Below the pieces are notes generated by a model, which was given only the letters and a program-made list of their open reading frames with translations, did not search any database and had not been told where the DNA came from. Positions 1 through 11,637 of a DNA stretch of 64,000 bases are shown in pieces. The stretch's first letter is position 1, and each line of letters starts with the position of its first letter. Location of the stretch: contig JBEWZL010000266.1 of the NCBI GenBank assembly GCA_045837725.1, positions 1-64,000 on the forward strand, in the 5' to 3' direction. A program made the translations under genes and the position numbers. Source of the stretch: Vermamoeba vermiformis. Lineage: Eukaryota.

Positions 1-682
1 GGAGATTTTTATCAATTTTATTGCCTCCCGCGGGAGCTCTGGCAAGGGAAATTTCACAGGAAACAAGTCTGATCTTCCTTGCAAGGAGTCAGACTTTGAT
101 GTGCATTGACCTGCACGGGTTTTACATCCCTGTGGATGTTATAAAGCAGAATTCGCAACCAGATCTGCTTCACCTTCTTGGATCCATGCACTCAGGTTCT
201 GTTGCTGCCAGCAACAGCCCCATTTTGTACATAAATGGAATTAAGGGTGCAGACCCAATTTGACTGCCTGGAGAAGTTCGCCAACTCTACCTGTTGAAAT
301 CTCCAGTAAACACAGTTTGATTGGTCAAAAAGTTTTTTGGTCGCTTTATTTCACAACAACAAAAAAATCTTTGGTTCCAATCTTCTTCCTCGCAGCACTC
401 GCGCACCACAACTCCTCGGCACAGAGGAGCATAGTGTAGTGCCAATGGTTGAGTGTTTCACTACACTCCCAGTTGGCCCTATGCTATGCCTGTCCATGCA
501 TTCCAAGAGTTGATGTGACTAGCCATGGTTGGATGGTAAGTTAATTATTTTTATTTTCAAATGCAGCTGCTAATTTTGTTTTCTCCTGTTAATTTAATTT
601 CCCTTGCTGTTATTTTCTAAGCTTGAATTTATTGTAATTTTTATCCAACTTCTTGGGTCAGTTACTGCTGCATCCAGGAGTT

Positions 683-1125
683 CTTGGACTTAGTTTTTTT
701 CAACCCCCGGTTCCTCGTGGAACCGACCCTTTGCTAGGACATTGTTTTTTGGCAGGGTCGGTTTCACGAGAAACCGGGGTTTTTGGACTTTGTTTTTTTC
801 CAGGGGCGGTTTCTCGTGAAACCGGCCTTTTTGGACTTTGGTTTTTTTCGGTTCGCTTTTGGACTTAGTAATTTTCAGGGGGCGGTTTCACGTGATACCG
901 GCCCTTGCTGGACTTAGTTTTTTTTCAGTTCACTTCTTGGACTTAGTTTTTTTTAGGGGTCGGTTTCACGTGATACCGCCCCTTGTTGGACTTAGTAATT
1001 TTTAGGGGGCGGTTTCACGCGATACCACCCCTTGTTTGGACTTAGTTTTTTTTGAGGGTCGGTTTCACGTGATACCGGCCCTTCTTGGACTTTGTTTTTT
1101 TTTCTAACCTTTGTGGACTTAGGTT
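683..1125. repeat. Irregular tandem array of an 18-bp palindrome alternating with TTGGACTTAGT(T)n units
   Basis: CGGTTTCACGTGAWACCG-like palindromes at ~708, 759, 807, 883, 961, 1010 and 1060; about 11 ttggact(t)(a/t)gt units between them. Confidence 0.9.
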
Positions 1126-1604
1126 TTTTCTTGTAACTTTTTAAGTCCTCTTGGATCAAGCCGCACCAGTTGCCGGTTATACTTTCACCTCTCCCAGCCT
1201 TGTAATTAATTGTACAAAAGTAAATAAAAATATTTTCAATGTACCTCTGCTATTTCTTTGTAACTTTGCCATTTATCTATGTTTTTAGTACAATATAAGT
1301 GCTTATGATATGCTCTTCTTGTTCTTAGCTACTATCAATTTCTAAAATCTGTGCAGAAAAGTTCGACAAAAAAACAGTTTGAAGGGACTTTAAACTCTAT
1401 AACCAGGGGGTTTTTATAACCCAGAAGCCTACTATAATGAACTGACATTGATAACATTAACAATTAAATCACTTCATTCTCTATTATCAGGATACCGCCA
1501 ATCATTCTTGATGCGGAAAAGAAGCAGGATCAGATATCATGCTTCTGTAGACTTAAAGCATCCATATACCAGTTAACCAACATTGATACCATCATCACTC
1601 TATC

Positions 1605-1760
1605 TGTACGGGGGTTCGAGGGGGTGTACAGCGTGCCGTACAGGGGTGTACACCAAAGTGTACGGGGGTTCCAGGGGGTGTACAGCGTGCCGTACGGGGG
1701 TTCGAGAGGGCATACAGCGTGCCGTACGGGGGTGCGAGGGGGCGTACACCAAAGTGTATG
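1605..1760. repeat. G-rich minisatellite
   Basis: Shuffled units GTACGGGGGTTCGAGGGGG, GTACAGCGTGCCGTAC and GTACACCAAAGTGTA. Confidence 0.9.
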
Positions 1761-2762
1761 CATGGTGATTTTTTTTGTTAACAAAAATCCTAGCCCCAGC
1801 CCTAAATCCTATATAATGTGTCAACTTTCATAGCTATACTTCCCTTAATACCCAGTGCTTACCAGCAATGGCCTAACTTGTGAGTGTTCCTATTCCTGCA
1901 CAATTCCACCCTGTGAGATTCACAGCAGGCTCTCTGGGATTGGTCCAAAAACTTTTTGTTTCACAACTTTGCTTCACAACAAAAAAAATAATTACACACG
2001 GGCTTCCTTGTGCATTCATTTGGTTGCCTTTCAACTAACAACTGCAGGGACCGGGTGGAGAGTTGCAGAGCTTCTACTTAATAGGATGCCTAAGTCTCGG
2101 ACCTTCTTTCCAAAACTTAACTTTCCCGCCAAGATCTTGCTGCATGGTGGTCTTTGCACTAGTAGATCGACAGTGTAGTGCCTTGCGTTGCCTCTAGCAC
2201 TGCTACTGCATGCTAGGGTCCTGGAGCCCTAGACTAACACTTCCTGTGATGTGATTGGTCCAAAAAGTTTTTGTTCACTCTTTGAACCACAACAAAAAAA
2301 TTTCGAAGGTAGATTGGGTAGATTGCCTGTAAACTTGAGTTAGAATCTCTTCTTGGGTCAGGAAAGGATCATCTCACTGAAACTGTAATCTTTTCCCTTT
2401 CTGACTCAGGAAGGGATTTTCCCTCTCTGATTCAGGAAGGGATTCTTAAATTTGAATAAAACTTTGAAATTTTCTATTCCCTTCCCTGTCTGCAAATATT
2501 GTACTTATGACATCTTTGCAGATTTTCGGTTTATTGGGCAGCACCTGGGCTGTTTTCTTGTTGTCGAGTGTGGAGTTGTGTTTGTGGGGGTGAGTAAAAT
2601 GAATTTTTTGGTTTCCAAACATTACTTTTGAATTTCCTCCCTTTTTATTTAGGGAGGATATTTTTTCCCTCCCTGGCTCAGAGAGGGAAGGTTTTCTGCA
2701 AATTTTCATGTTGCTTCTCGAGTGTAAAATCCCTTACTGCTTAGCAGTTTGTCTTTGGGAGA

Positions 2763-2942
2763 ATTGGAGAGGAAACCCCCCCCACACCCCCCAGCAACAT
2801 TTTTTTCCTTTGATAGCACAGGATGTTTTGATCTGTGCTTTGTTTCCTGATACAAGTTGGCCAAATTCGAGTCTCCAGAAGATTTTCCACGATTGGAGAC
2901 ATTGGGGGGGAAACCCCCCACAGCCCCCAGCAACATTTTTTC
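2763..2942. repeat. Direct duplication of an ATTGGAGA..GGAAACCCCCC..CCCCCAGCAACATTTTTT unit
   Basis: Two copies at ~2763-2806 and ~2892-2942; the second contains a GGGGGG-AAA-CCCCCC hairpin. Confidence 0.8.
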
Positions 2943-3178
2943 TCATTTGCTTTCACCTTGTTGAAACCCCTTCCATCTCTGATTTTGCCCTGTTTTTGCT
3001 GGATTTCCTGCTGTTTTTGCCTGATTTTCCCTCAATTTTGGAATTTTCACATCAATTTCTTTCATTTTTCCCTTTGTTCTTTCAAAATCCCTTCCTGTCT
3101 CAGGAAGGGATTGCCTACTAGGGGAAGGGATTTTCATCACTGCCTGTCTATCTTATTGAATTCCCTTCTTGAGCCAAA

Positions 3179-3841
3179 GAAGGATCGTCTTCAAAACAGC
3201 TTTCACAACCCTAACCCCGATGTTTTTTGATATTTCTCATATAAATTTGGGCACTGCGACTTGTTGTGCTCTGTGTTATGAAGTAATTAAAAATGACTAA
3301 GATTCGGTTTCTCAATTCTCTCAAAATTGCCTCCCTGCCTCCCTTTTGAAGGAGGCTTTTTATTTTTCGCCTCGCCTGGATTCGAACCTGCACCTTCAAG
3401 GTTTTACAGGAGTTTGGCACTATTTCCCGATTCAGAGTCTGCCAGGAGCCCAGTTGGCCTGGTATCCTGATTCGCAACGGATCGGGATCGGGATTTTTCT
3501 TCCTGATTGGCGCCCAATCGGGATGTTTTCAAATTTTGACCAAAGCCGTTACCTTTTTTCTGTGTTTTTCATGAAATTTACACGCTTTTTATTTTTACAT
3601 CGTTTTGCCAGAAAATACAAGTTTTTAAATATTTGCCCTTTTCGACGAAAACACCTATTCCTATATCCCTAACTCCTAGGAAACAGAAATATCTCAGTAT
3701 TAAATTGTCAGGTTCTGCAGGGCTGGCCCTATATGGTTAAGCCCTTTTACATATATGAATATACTATAAAGAAGGATCGTCTTTCGAAAACAGCTTTCAC
3801 AACCCTAAGCCCGATGTTTTTTGATATTTCTCATATAAATT
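3179..3841. repeat. ~70-bp dispersed direct repeat (two copies)
   Basis: GAAGGATCGTCTT..AAAACAGCTTTCACAACCCTAA(c/g)CCCGATGTTTTTTGATATTTCTCATATAAATTT at ~3179-3248 and ~3771-3841. Confidence 0.9.
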
Positions 3842-3944
3842 TTATTTTAAAAACTGGCCAGCCCTGGCCCTAAACACCCTTTAATGTTTGAAGTACAATT
3901 TTATTTTACAAACTGGCCAGCCCTGGCCCTAAACAGCCTTTAAT
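3718..3944. mobile_element. Possible hAT-like MITE or transposon end remnant
   Basis: CAGGGCTGGCC (3718-3728) is inverted relative to GGCCAGCCCTG at 3856-3866 and 3915-3925, the latter two in a ~59-bp tandem duplication; no target-site duplication seen. Confidence 0.35.
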
Positions 3945-4030
3945 CTTGTGGCCATTCTTGCCCAGCTATCTTGCAAAGTATATCATACCATTGATGCAAC
4001 ATATTGTCATCACAGTGCACTTTTATTCAC

Positions 4031-6879
4031 TTATACAAACAGTAATTGAGTAAAGAAGATCAGTATTGCCCATCCCTGAACTCCAACTGAAACTAAACTG
4101 CCAGAAACTTTTTTGCCAGATGGAATAGCAATGGGCTGACTGACAGGTACAACAGAAATAGGCTTACTGATAGGTACAACAGGAATAGGAGCTTGAGGAG
4201 GAGGCTCAGCTAGAATAAAATTACCGATGACCAAATTTGCCTCCATGGGGTACAACCATCTGTTTTGCACTGTAACTTGGCCACTTTTGATTACATTTGT
4301 TCCAACAGTTAGAAGGGTTGAATTAACCAAGAATTTTGCTGTAACTGAACTGGATGTGGTGGAGACAATCTCTACCATTGAAGGCTGGTTGCCAATCAAA
4401 ATTGAAGTTGAATCAATAGACTCAACAAATATGCCCACTTCATTAGAGAAAGTCAAGGCTACCTCAATTAAATCTCCTTGTACCCTAGTTACAAGGATTA
4501 GAACAAGTGTAGATAGTGAACAATTACGTACGGATTTTGAGGAGTAATTGAATCCAATACAACTGAAGTTGAAAAAGACTCTGTTGGACGCCCAACAGCC
4601 TTAAAAGAATAGCTCGAGATTGTGCCGACATCCGTAGAAGGATATGCATCAGCCACACAAAAGCGCCAGTTGCCTTACAGCAAAGTTAAATTACTTAAAC
4701 ATTTGCAAAAGCACATACCTGATGAGTATTCGTCAAAGAAGAAATATGTGTAGAACGTCCAATTATAGTCTGGATTATTATCGTGACCATCGGCAAAAAG
4801 AAAAATGACTGTGGTGCCGGAAGGCGAAGTCACCTGAAGCAAAGTTAAAACCATCGTTGGGACAAGTGCAGACTACTTACATTGATGTACAAATCGCCAC
4901 GGAAAGGATGACTGATATCAACGTACAACGAAACATACTCGATTGTAACATTAGGAGTGTAATTAAATTCATAACAATTATCCGTTATCGTATCTCCGGC
5001 AAGAGCCAGCGCTGAGCAAAATAATTAACTTCAAAAGAGACGAAGGTTAAGCAGCAAACCTGCAGGAGTTGGAGTACGTGCAGGAAGAGAAGTATTCCAC
5101 ATCTTCGCTGCAGCAATCGCTCGATCGACATTAATCAGACCAAACCCATAATTGTAATTGACCCAATGACCTGGTATTATTAGCCTCCACAAAGAAGTGC
5201 GAATACGTACCTGCACCATTCATAAACCACGGCAGCTTTGCTTGCTGCGGGTCAGTTTTGAAGGCCGTCAAACCGACAATGCGTCGCAAATCGCGAGCAG
5301 TGAGTGATGGATTTGCCTCTAAAATCATGGCCAATGCGCCAGCAACGATTGGGGTCGCACCGCTAGTACCGGCAAAATCGCTCGTGCAATCTCCGCTCGC
5401 ATATCCGTTTGTGGAGGTAGCATCCGTAGTGTAAAGAAAACCGTCAGAATCACCGCCAGGTGCTTTAAAAGATATGAGTAACTGCCACTTTGGTATTAGA
5501 TCAAGTCGCTTACAACAAACGAAGTTGCTGGCTCCAGCCTCGCTGTACGAGGCAATTTTTCCGGTGACACCAATAGCGCTGACACTGATGACGTTTGGAT
5601 TGCTAGCGTAGCCGTCTTTCGTTGATTGATCGAGATTCTCTCTTCCGTTGCCCGCTGCCCAAGTGAAAAGACTTCCTTTGCCACCTAAAGTACAATTTGA
5701 TTAATGCATTCAATTTACTAATACTCACCTCGACCATTTTCACTATTGGCAAAAGCATTCAGCAAAAGAGGGCCAGGGCCTTCCAATGTGAATCCGTCAT
5801 CCGAAGGACCCCAAGAATTGGTGTAGATATCGTTGTTATCTGGCTTGAACGTCAATGCAGAGGTCTCTTGAGAATCAGTCGTGCTGTTCGGAAAAAGAAT
5901 GTGTTTAAGCTCGGCTCGAAGATTGAAGCAACGTACGCGCCACTGGTGAGTCTAATCGCCGCAAACTTGGATCCATACGCGGCACCAACTCCGCAATACC
6001 TTAAATAGATGTTAAGACAACAAGCTAAACAAATGAAGTACTACGAGTTAGTGTGAGCAACTGCCAACCCCGCGCAAGCAGTACCGTGGAAGTCTTCATT
6101 CGTGTAGTCCGGAGAGGGGTCGGGGTCATTTGCGTAGAAATCGTAGCTATCTGATTCTACATAGCCGGCACTGAGGTCAGGGTGCGTATATTGCACACCA
6201 TCATCGACAACTGCTATCTGAATTCCAGCGCCAGTAAAGTTCTTCGCCCACGCAGGTGCAATATTGATGTTAGCGTAATTACGTGAAGACGTAGGACACT
6301 TCCATAAATGCCATTGATTGCACAGTCCAGGGTCCGTTGTGGGAACTTGGCGAGGAAAACGAGGTCGAGGAAATTCGAATTCGATCGAGCGGATTCGAGG
6401 ATCAAGCCGTAAAGATTCCTAAATTAATTTAAATAATGTTAATATTGCAATCAAGTACCACCAAAGCAATCAACTCCTCATTTCAACGGATTTGAAAATA
6501 AAAAACATTTTAATTTTCCGGTGCGTACCTCTTTCTTTAAATCTCGCCCAAAGGAAGCCACTCTGTGCTGCACAGCAAACTTATTTGTGCCAGGAATTTG
6601 TCTAATATGCAAATTGTACTGCTCTCCGAACTCTTCAGGCGAGGATACAATTAAATCGTTGAACTCCACAATCCAGCTGCTTCTAAACTCTATTTCTTCG
6701 AAGTTTGACTCGCGCTTAATTGATGGAACGCGAGCACTCTTTTTAAATGAGGAAGCGCCAGGAAGTAGACGAGGTTGCTGTGGATTTGGGCCGAATTCGA
6801 AACGGGTCGCTTCGACACCAGGGCAAGCCACAAAAATAATAATAACAAGGACGGACAAAAAAAAAAAATTTACTTTCAT
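4031..6879 (-). CDS. Kexin/furin-like subtilisin S8 protease with P-domain and C-terminal hydrophobic anchor (multi-exon)
   Basis: Signal peptide MKVNFFFLSVLV; AVVDDG (Asp), FHGTACAG (His), AAGNG (oxyanion Asn), FAGTSGATP..LEANPSLTARD (Ser), YGFGLINV; P-domain HPFRGDL..SPSGT. Confidence 0.9.
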
Positions 6880-7244
6880 GGTCGTGTACTGAAGAGAGTT
6901 AAGAAAAAAAGACTACGCCAACTTTTATATTTTGCACAACGCAGAGAACACACATAGTATTTTAAAGGTTTAAGATAATGCTAATTACTTGAAAACTTAT
7001 GTAGGTAGCGAAATCAAGGCCGACTTCACGACTCGGATTTCGGATCTGTTACCAATTCGCAAGTTAAGATGTTAACGTATTTCAAATAACTTAAGTTTCT
7101 ATGTCCACGTGGGCACAGAAAGGCCCGGTTTCTGTCGTGGCACCAAACAGTAAGGCAAATATTAAAATTTCTGATTTTCGTAAAATATCTATTTAATACG
7201 CTTGTTTGTGACATTTGCTCTAATTATCGCCACAAACAACACAA

Positions 7245-8644
7245 ATGGACGACAAAGTACAATTACTCGCTCAAGGCGCGTCGAGGACGCTTGATGACTT
7301 CTTCGATCGTGTAGGTATCAAAAGCCGACACAATCTAATGCATTTTACGGTTATGTGCCTCGCAGCATTGATCACGGGATTAAATATCATGTCCTCCGTT
7401 TTTGTAAACGTGCTGTTGAAGCTCAACGACGAATGGCGATCAGATCTGGCTGACTGGCAATATTCGTTGCTATCTTCACTCTTTTTCTTAGGTATTAATT
7501 ATTCATTTATTATTATATTTACTTACATTTTTTAGGATTTTTTATTGGGGATGGCGTGTTTGGATGGCTCTCGGATTCAAAAGGGAGACGTCTTGCGTTT
7601 TGGCTTGCATTCGCTGTAATGAGCTTATTTAGCTCGTTAAGCTTTATATTACCTATCTACTGGATTCTAGCAATCTGCCGTTTAATTACCGGAATCGGCG
7701 TTGGTGGATTTGGAACCATTTATTTCGTAATTTCGATCGAGTACTGCGGAAGCAAACTACGCCCGTATGCATCGCCAATACTAAGCTCTACCTTTGCCGT
7801 TGGTGGCGTTGTTGGTGCATTCATCGCTTGGGCAACTCAGGATTGGCGGCTGTATTTGATAATCGTCTCTGCAATCAACTTCGCCATGCTCGTAGCCGTC
7901 AGATTTGTCGCCGAGTCCCCTCTCTGGTTATTATCAAATGGACGCGTCGACGAAGCCTCGAAGATCATGCAATGGGTCGTTCACTTCTCCAAGTCAGATG
8001 TGCCACAAAGTTACATCGACGAAGTTATCGCACAATCAGTCACAAAGCAAGCTGGAAAGCCAGAGCACGTTAGTTTCAAGGCCTTGCTCCAGCGCCAATA
8101 TCTCTCGCGATTGGGCTTGTTGTGCTTCATCTGGTTCACGACTTCTGGCGTGTACTACGGCCTTTCATTCAATTCCACCGAGCTGAGCGGAAATGTCTAC
8201 TTGAACGCTGCCCTGAGTTCTGCTATTGAAATCCCGGCCTATGTCATCGCTGGATACATCACTGAACGTTTAGGCCGCAAGTTGTCCGTCATTCTCACGA
8301 TGGCCACTGCTGGCATTGGTTGCTTGGTCTTAGCTACTCTGTTGCAAGTTGGAGTCACCACGTACGGAGCACTCTTGTTGGGAGCTCTGTTAGGAAAGGC
8401 TGGCATCGCAGCAGAGTACGCGATCATCTACACTTTCACCGCCGAGCTGTTCCCCACCAAAGTGCGAACCCTCGCCATTGGAGTGTGCAGTCAAGCAGCA
8501 CGAATTGCAGGCCTAGCGTTCCCTTATCTGTTCTTGTCGGCGTACCACACGGTGCCTCCTTTCATCTTCGGCGGAGCTGCACTACTTTCGGCCGTCGTAG
8601 CCTTTTGGTTGAAAGAAACCAAGAACTCTGTGCTCTCTCAATAA
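7245..8644 (+). CDS. MFS organic cation/anion transporter (SLC22-like), one intron ~7492-7536
   Basis: GWLSDSKGRR, ESPLWL, ERLGRK, ELFPTKVR and LKETK motifs; multiple TM segments. Confidence 0.9.
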
Positions 8645-8693
8645 CCGAACTTTGTACATAATCACATTGTAAATACACGTACCTTCGAATTAA

Positions 8694-9574
8694 CTATCTC
8701 GATTGATCGGTTTTTTCTTGTGTTTCATCTTCAACACTTTTGTAGTCGCGAAGAATATGATCCAAATGCGCACTGTACAACACGGGACTAACCAAATTAT
8801 CTAGAATGGAGGTAGCACCGTTCCACCGCAAAAAATCACCGTACTGAAATCCCATGGCTTTAACGACGGCGTCGGCTTCTACTTTAAGCTCTGTCTCAAT
8901 CCTATCGTGCAAACACCGGTCAAAAATACGTAAACGGGAACAAGTGCATACTTTTCAATGTAAAATCGGCAGTTCTCTGCAATATTGAATGGATTCTTCT
9001 CTGCGCAACTTTGATATCTCGACCACAGTGTTGGCGTTAACATTTTGGACCATATGCACGAGATCAACTTGAATTCTGCATCCACGGCCTCGTTGTTCAT
9101 TTTTGATTTTACAGCCTTTTCTACTAGTTGTCGTTGCTCTTCACACTCTTCTTGTACGGTAACTAAGATAAGAATTAGCTATTAATAAAACCTCAATGTC
9201 AATCCACTTACTCATTTTTTGTACGTAGTCTCGTACTTTGAGGTTCGCTAAGATTGACCTGAAAAACTTCTCGCGACACTCGCGTGACCTTTCAACAACA
9301 AATTGGCATTCCTCTATTTATATCAAATCGTTAATATTAGTTCTTGTACCTAACAAATTCAAATAATTCGAAGCTAGAAAGTACTTTCACGCGATGCTGC
9401 AGATCACGAAAATTGTAATTTCTTTCCAAAATTATTTAAAAAATAGGGGCTATTATTTTCGGTTTAAATATCCATTGGTAAACAATAAAATAGCATTACC
9501 CGGTTTTTGCGTTGCCATACATTCGGTTTTGACCGAATAACGCTCTGGACACAGACAACTCTCGTAGCATTCAT
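8694..9574 (-). CDS. Hypothetical protein (multi-exon; 5' end uncertain)
   Basis: ORFs 8694-8912 and 8879-9100 join via a ~34-nt GT-AG intron; further upstream exons; Arg-rich N-terminus MNATRVVCVQSVIRS. Confidence 0.5.
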
Positions 9575-9821
9575 CAATTTGCTTCCTTAATTCGATACAC
9601 TTTGGTGAATTTTTTCCTTCTACGACATTGCATCGTTGCTCTACAAAGTGGAGATCAGAGATTCGAATTTTACCTGTAGATCGCGGAGTTATTACCTTGA
9701 GCCATGCCGGGAGAGCATTTCACTAATATCTTTTCAAAAAATCTCGTTAATATTGACTCGCTCATGTTGTTCTGAAGGAGCGGGACACGAATATAATTCG
9801 GACTTTGTACAAATTTATTGG

Positions 9822-11637
9822 TTAATACGTACATTGATATGGTGTATTAGCGTCGAATCTAAAACACAATAAGAAGAAATATACAGTTTGGGTGAAGTGA
9901 ACGCCAGCCAAGATCAGGATGGCACGCACCCACTTGTCGGTCATGATCTCTTTGGCAAACAAGCCAATGTTCCATTTGAACACGAGACGAATGGCAATGC
10001 GCAACACAATGCTGCTGAATATTTCTACGCCAGCAGCAATGCCAGAGAACATCATCAAGTTTTTGTAACCTTCCTCATCCAAGATGTCGACACGGAATGG
10101 GTACCACCATGTGTTGTAGGGCAAATAGCGCAACAAAGAAGTGAAGGCCATAAAAGTCACGAGGGAGTATACGGCAGCCGCTTTAGAGAAGTAAAAACCA
10201 ATGCAGATCTCGCGGCATTGAACGTCGTACGGTTCAGGAAAACTGTCAGGGAAATTCTTGAAGCGCTTTCGCAGTACGTCGGCAATCTTGGTCAACAGCG
10301 AATAATAACCCTTGGATAATCGCACGGGGTAGATGATGATATCAATGACGACGTTAATCACAGTCAAAGCGATGAAAATAGCCAGATCTGCGACATGTTA
10401 GGACTACACACTTGCGCACGAAGGTAATTGCTACGTACCGCTTGACTTCAAGAACAGTGTGCGGAAGAACAACAAGAAGGCCAAACTGATAGAGTATTCA
10501 ACAATGGCAGTCATTTGATGTCTTCGCAAGAGCTTCTGGCCCACCACGACCATCACCGCTTGAATGATCACCGCGCAGATCTTGTACGCGATGGAAATGA
10601 AAGTCTTGGCCACGGCGCTGTAGTCTTGGTTGAACACTCCCGTGACAAACAACACGTTAATGAGCCACACAACGCCAACGGTGAACATGAAGACCTGTGC
10701 ATACTGTTAGCGTGCTACAGACATTTCATCCCGTGCGACACTTACGACACCAATAACCAAGCTGCGCCACGGGTGAGTAGCCTCGCGTACAGTCAAAGTG
10801 TGCGGCAATGGCTCGCCCAAAATATTCTTGTGTTGCACCAACTCAGCAGCAATCGGCTTCTCGCTGTTGCTGCCGTCCAATTCGCCATCAGTAACGATTT
10901 GATCTTCTTGAAGCAGCTGATCGGTCAAGTTGCCCTTTGTTTTGGCCCATCGGTTGACGGTAAATGCATGCGCCAAATAGAGGAACGTAGCACCGAAGAT
11001 AGGAACCAAAGCGATGAACTGGTACGATAGATCAGCAAACGAACGAAGTACGGAATCTTAATGGTACGTACCGCATGGAGCCATTTGTCGTAGTATTGGT
11101 TCGTGAAATATAACATGATAAAATAGCCGATGAAGAATACCTCCGCGACAATTGCGTAAATAATGATGTGAAGGCGACGAATGCCCGGCAAGATCCATCC
11201 TTCAAACATGATAACGATGAAGGCCAGTGCGACCAAGTAATATGTTTGCGCGTAGATAAGCACATACACCCAAAATATCTGAATAACGCCCTATAAAATA
11301 TACAATCAGTCTTCTCTGCAGTAAAAACGAAAATCTTCGTGAATCTAGAATGTTTCAAAAGATAAATAACAAATTTCGATAAATGCATTGTATGTATTGC
11401 CAATAGTCAAAATTTAATGAAGAATGAAACGCGCGTTGTAACGTTTTTCGTGAATAAATAGTAATTAAAAAAATTTACCGGATCGTCACCATTAGGTTGA
11501 TTATAGCCGAAGTCTATGAGCGGAATTAATAGCCAGCCACCAACTACTAATAAAGGAATGGCGAAAATCATTAAAAAGTTCACCAAACTTATTAGCCAGT
11601 TCTGGATCTTGAGCTTCATCTTCTCCGCGAACCTCAT
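9822..11637 (-). CDS. Multi-pass membrane protein of unknown function (3' end uncertain)
   Basis: Series of hydrophobic exon ORFs separated by short GT-AG introns. Confidence 0.65.

Noticed and set aside
683..1125. CRISPR array
   Set aside because: Intervening sequences are themselves repetitive, the period is irregular, there are no cas genes, and the context is eukaryotic
3366..3440. Functional tRNA-Tyr
   Set aside because: T-stem is mismatched and no acceptor or D stem can be built
21..3672. Short ORFs in the repeat block
   Set aside because: They arise from repeats and low complexity; no recognisable domains and no transposase or reverse transcriptase motifs
4636..4650. U12-type 5' splice site ATATCCTT on the - strand (also GTATCCTT near 33120)
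   Set aside because: Both lie within continuous coding frames (DAYPST and TMYPF)
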